A DNA stretch of 63,662 bases, the filler included, from Globobulimina sp. (Eukaryota): the NCBI GenBank assembly GCA_003354225.1. It is 31 parts of 31 records of this genome, joined end to end, with 100 filler letters (N's around TTAATTAATTAA, not from the genome) between each part and the next. Parts side by side here need not be neighbours in the genome. Positions count along the whole stretch, not along the records: positions 59,651 to 61,606 come from PIVH01010231.1; positions 61,707 to 63,662 come from PIVH01010232.1; 29 more parts are not named here. One strand, written 5' to 3'. A program made the position numbers and the translations under genes. Numbering within the stretch: the first letter of the stretch is position 1; the number at the start of each line of letters is the position of its first letter. Positions 60,240 to 63,662 of this stretch are shown one piece after another. The notes under the pieces were generated by a model that was given only the letters and a program-made list of their open reading frames with translations, was not told the DNA's origin and did no database searches.

Positions 60240-61292
60240 TTATACAATTTGTGGCGTGAGGGTTTTGATTGTTTGCTTATAAATTATGATCGACTTAACT
60301 GGTACTCCGACATAATATGTATAATTTCGACTATAATCCAAATCATTTACAATATATATATTATTAACGACAGCATACTCACTCAAATCATAAACCACAT
60401 CAATATCCGTCTCGTTAATATGGAATTCTTTAACAAATGGGGACTGTGGATCTGGAGGAACTTTAACCGAATCATTTGGAATAACAGCAGATGGATTATA
60501 AATACTGCAATCATCCCCCATCCATTGATGATAACAGAAGCAATGAAGTGCATTCTGCGAAAAATCAAAGCCACACAAACCATTCCCAGCACATATTTCA
60601 TTATCATACTCTGCACACTGCACAGGACAGCCATAAATTGACGGCAATTCCACTGTAAATTCACATTCTGAATATTCATACAATGGATAATAATCAGGAA
60701 TAACATACACATTCGCACATAAAAATCTTATATTAAATTTTCTGTTGCCTTGGCAGCCAACATGATCACCGTTCAAATATGTAACTTGTACACCTAATGA
60801 TGGATTGCCATCATTGTATAATGACCAGACAGGAGGACCTCCAAATTCATTGGATAAGCGGTAACAACGAAACGGAACACCTGTAGATTTATTAAACCAT
60901 ACTTGGTAAACCCATGCTGGGTCTTCAATTGGTGTTAATTGGGTAGCTGCTGTGCAATTACTTTCGTCTGGACAATATCCATAAATGTTATCTGTTGCTT
61001 GTGTCATGTTGTCGCATATTGGATGCATTATACGTACTGGTGCTCCAATATTAAAGTAATATTCGTAATGGTTAGTATTCGCAACTTCATTGTTACTATT
61101 TCGACTGTCTTCGAGTCGATAGTATAACATCCAGCCACCGCCTATATTAATACGGAGAGGACATAAATCAAATGTTGTATTAATTGAGTCGAATGTGACT
61201 ATACAGTCATCGGTTACACTGGATGGAGTTAATAATGATTGTGAATGTATCAGTAATAACGATATTAAAAATACAACAGCATTTATGTACAT
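60240..61292 (-). CDS. Mannose-6-phosphate-receptor-homology (MRH/ATG27-like) plus EGF protein; first exon or truncated
   Basis: Signal peptide; FDLCPL, YYFNI, GVQVTYLNGD..C...RKFNIRFLC, CEF...YGCP; EGF CAGNGLC...CFC..WMGDDC; start of a second MRH (YDLS). Confidence 0.75.
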   Translation of the reverse strand: MYINAVVFLISLLLIHSQSLLTPSSVTDDCIVTFDSINTTFDLCPLRINIGGGWMLYYRLEDSRNSNNEVANTNHYEYYFNIGAPVRIMHPICDNMTQATDNIYGYCPDESNCTAATQLTPIEDPAWVYQVWFNKSTGVPFRCYRLSNEFGGPPVWSLYNDGNPSLGVQVTYLNGDHVGCQGNRKFNIRFLCANVYVIPDYYPLYEYSECEFTVELPSIYGCPVQCAEYDNEICAGNGLCGFDFSQNALHCFCYHQWMGDDCSIYNPSAVIPNDSVKVPPDPQSPFVKEFHINETDIDVVYDLSEYAVVNNIYIVNDLDYSRNYTYYVGVPVKSIIIYKQTIKTLTPQIV

Positions 61293-61333
61293 GATTTGTA
61301 TGTTTTCTACAGTTTACAAAGAATATATTTACC

Positions 61334-61606
61334 ATGGCAGCTTCACCTAAAACACCACCGATGACTGGGCGTCGTCACAGCCTTACACATAGTGTGGCAT
61401 CTATGCGAGATTGGAATGAGAGGCAATTAACAATGGAAGATATTGAAGAGTTTATGGATTTGGATGCAACAAATGATCATATAATCCATCGCAAATTACA
61501 AACACGTTTAGAAACCTACAATGGACCCAATCCATTTGTTACTGTATTACCATTTACATGGTACGAAAAATTAAAAATGTTTTTATTTACCGTTTCCGGC
61601 ATCTTA
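61334..61606 (+). CDS. N-terminus of a probable lysophospholipid acyltransferase (LPCAT-like)
   Basis: NPFV...WYEKLKMFLF resembles the LPCAT/LPEAT pre-TM motif; runs off the contig. Confidence 0.4.
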
Positions 61607-61706
61607 NNNNNNNNNNNNNNNNNNNNNNNNNNNNNNNNNNNNNNNNNNNNTTAATTAATTAANNNNNNNNNNNNNNNNNNNNNNNNNNNNNNNNNNNNNN
61701 NNNNNN

Positions 61707-63662
61707 GCAGTGATTGTTACCGCATGATCAAAATCCAATAAATGTACAAAATGTAAGTTCTTTCTTTTTCCACGAAATATTACTTTCACATTAACCTTAA
61801 ATGTTTTCTCTCCCTTTTGTCTCAATATAAATGGTGATTTTTTGAATGAATATTCTGAATTTTTAAATATTTTGGTATCCAAATAGTAAACAACTTGTTT
61901 GATTGTCTTTGGTTTCACCAATTTCTGTTTGGATGTCGACAGAAACATTGTCCAAACATGCATATCTTTTAATTTCTTCTTTTTCCTATTCTTTCTCGTT
62001 TGAATGTTTCTATTCTTTGCATACTTTCGCTTATTACTGTTACTTTTCGTAGGTTTCGGAGTTTCGATATGATGCAAGTTCCCAACAAAGATATTTTCAT
62101 AAAAAGGAATTTTTTGTTTGGCAAATAATGTAAATTGCACACTTTTTTTATCAAAATGCAGTTTACATCTTGTATTTGAAAAATATTTTTTTCTGATTTG
62201 ACGAATAACGTCTTTTGATACATATTTATATCTCGAATTTAAGAGTCCGCTCAGAGTCACGGTCTCTAATTCTGTGCTGTGTGGTTTCTGTTTATTTTTA
62301 TTTATGTCATTCAAAAATGCGGCAATATGTTTGCAGCAATATTCAAACTGTTCCGTTTGAAGCGGCTTTCCACCAAACCCCAATCTTAAAAATTTAACTT
62401 TTGGAAATAAGCGAATTAAGATTGGGATATTCAAACAATATACAAATTGTTCATAAACTGCATGCTGTTTAATCAAGAAATATTTGGCTAATTCGTGTTT
62501 CTTATCTTTGTGTGTCAATAAAGCAGCAAATCGCAGACAATCGATGGATATCACAGTCTGTAATTCGCAGAAATGGTTGAATATATTTTGCAGGTAATTT
62601 GACGGAATGTCTTTTGTTGTCCAATGTTTTTTTTTTAATTTTTTATCATTTTTTTGTTGTTGAATTTCTTTTTTATATATTTCCGTTTCAATAAAATTCT
62701 TAATCATTGACAATAAATGATTGTAATATTTGGCTTCATTCAGTTTTGCATATCTTTTGCCGCCTTGTCTCACAATAAATGTAGGTGGATCTGTCAAGAT
62801 ATCCAATACCTTTATGGCACGGATAAATCTCTTATAATCAAAATTGCCATGAAATATGGATCTTATCTCCAACTCATTGTGCTGTCCATAAAACAGTCTC
62901 TCTTCTTCCTGCGGATAATCACTAAACCTGTAATATGCAAATTGTGCTCAGTTCATCTTTAATACAAAATAAATTGAGCTAATTTTAATTTTGGTGATCA
63001 ATCAACTCCATTAGCTCAACAGTGGCAGTCATCGATCACCACAACGACATGGGGTCAAGTTGTGCCTTCAGTGTTGATACAATGTTTGGGAATTAACAAT
63101 TAAAAGAAGTATTATTTCCATTAATACAACTTGCTTTCATCAAAAATAAAAAAACATCGCACAACAACTGAGGCTAAATTCTATATTTATGGGACGACAT
63201 AAAAGCATACCAAGACACATCGATAAATTTTGTTTTGGTTTTTCGTCCTCGACCGGATAATTTCAAAATAATTCCACCGCCGGATGCAAAGGACGAAGCA
63301 ATCGATAATGAAATTGTAGTCGAAGTCGGACAATTGAAATATGCGGTAAATTCACCAAATAACAGTTGAATGCTAATACCATGGTACAATGATAACTTCT
63401 CATTCATCAAATCACCAAAACAATAAATAAAAACCATCAGTGTTTTGCCCCAATGATAGTAATCTCTGTAATGTTTAATCCGAATATCGTCATCGGTCTC
63501 ATTCTGCTGCCAATTATATCGCCGCGTACTGCCACTAAATCTTCTTTGTAAGTCTGTGAAATTTGTATACAACAAACAACTCACAATTGTGGCTACATTC
63601 AATGCATCGCCGATATGTATATTCATATTTTTGTCATTATTTCTTGCCGTCAATGCTTTGCC
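61707..63662 (-). CDS. ART-like domain plus family C-terminal domain plus YEATS-like domain; intron 62928-63210; truncated
   Basis: LYHG, NCPTSTT, GIILKL, spliced DVSW|FSDYPQEEERLF; C-terminal HVWTMF...IKQVVYYL...SPFIL...F.VNVKVIF...HLL. Confidence 0.65.

Noticed and set aside
1959-61706. Regularly spaced TTAATTAATTAA as a biological repeat or CRISPR-like array
   Set aside because: Always embedded in fixed N44 pads; it is a six-frame-stop contig linker.
1-63662. Alternative genetic code or stop-codon readthrough
   Set aside because: In-frame stops in conserved genes (GSTZ1, TOP3B, DHRS7, kinase, CD36) are all explained by short GT-AG introns, and TAA, TAG and TGA all appear as terminators.

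Overview
This window is not contiguous genome. It is 31 unrelated short contigs, length-sorted (1958, 1957, then 1956 bp), joined by an artificial 100-nt spacer (N44-TTAATTAATTAA-N44), so gene neighbourhood across spacers carries no biological meaning. Most contigs come from an AT-rich eukaryote with short GT-AG introns (mostly 53-90 nt), very short intergenic gaps, and many TRAF/RING, SAM, 7TM, kinase and ART-like genes; I infer a foraminiferan/Rhizarian (Reticulomyxa-like), probably whole-genome amplified. Recognisable genes: DHRS7, Ima1/TMEM201-like, VPS15, kinesin-13, CD36-family, GST-zeta, TOP3B, HECT E3, PARG, GT47 exostosin, Cys-less pentameric ion channel, isochorismatase, 7TM-RGS and an MRH/EGF receptor. 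Several contigs look chimeric with prokaryotic DNA, including a siphophage tail fragment with an intact -1 frameshift (G/GT chaperone) and a dockerin-like bacterial repeat. The most interesting candidates are: a RelA/SpoT-type alarmone-synthetase-like gene in eukaryotic context; an expanded mono-ADP-ribosyltransferase-like family, with one member fused to a degenerate YEATS domain; a degenerate RAG1/Transib-like DDE transposase; a single-pass membrane pseudo-caspase; three MITEs (one with a TTA target-site duplication); a ~170-bp satellite; a recurrent non-coding 11-mer TATCCTTGCAC; and head-to-head gene pairs only 41-76 bp apart. All family assignments are by motif recognition only; no database search was run.
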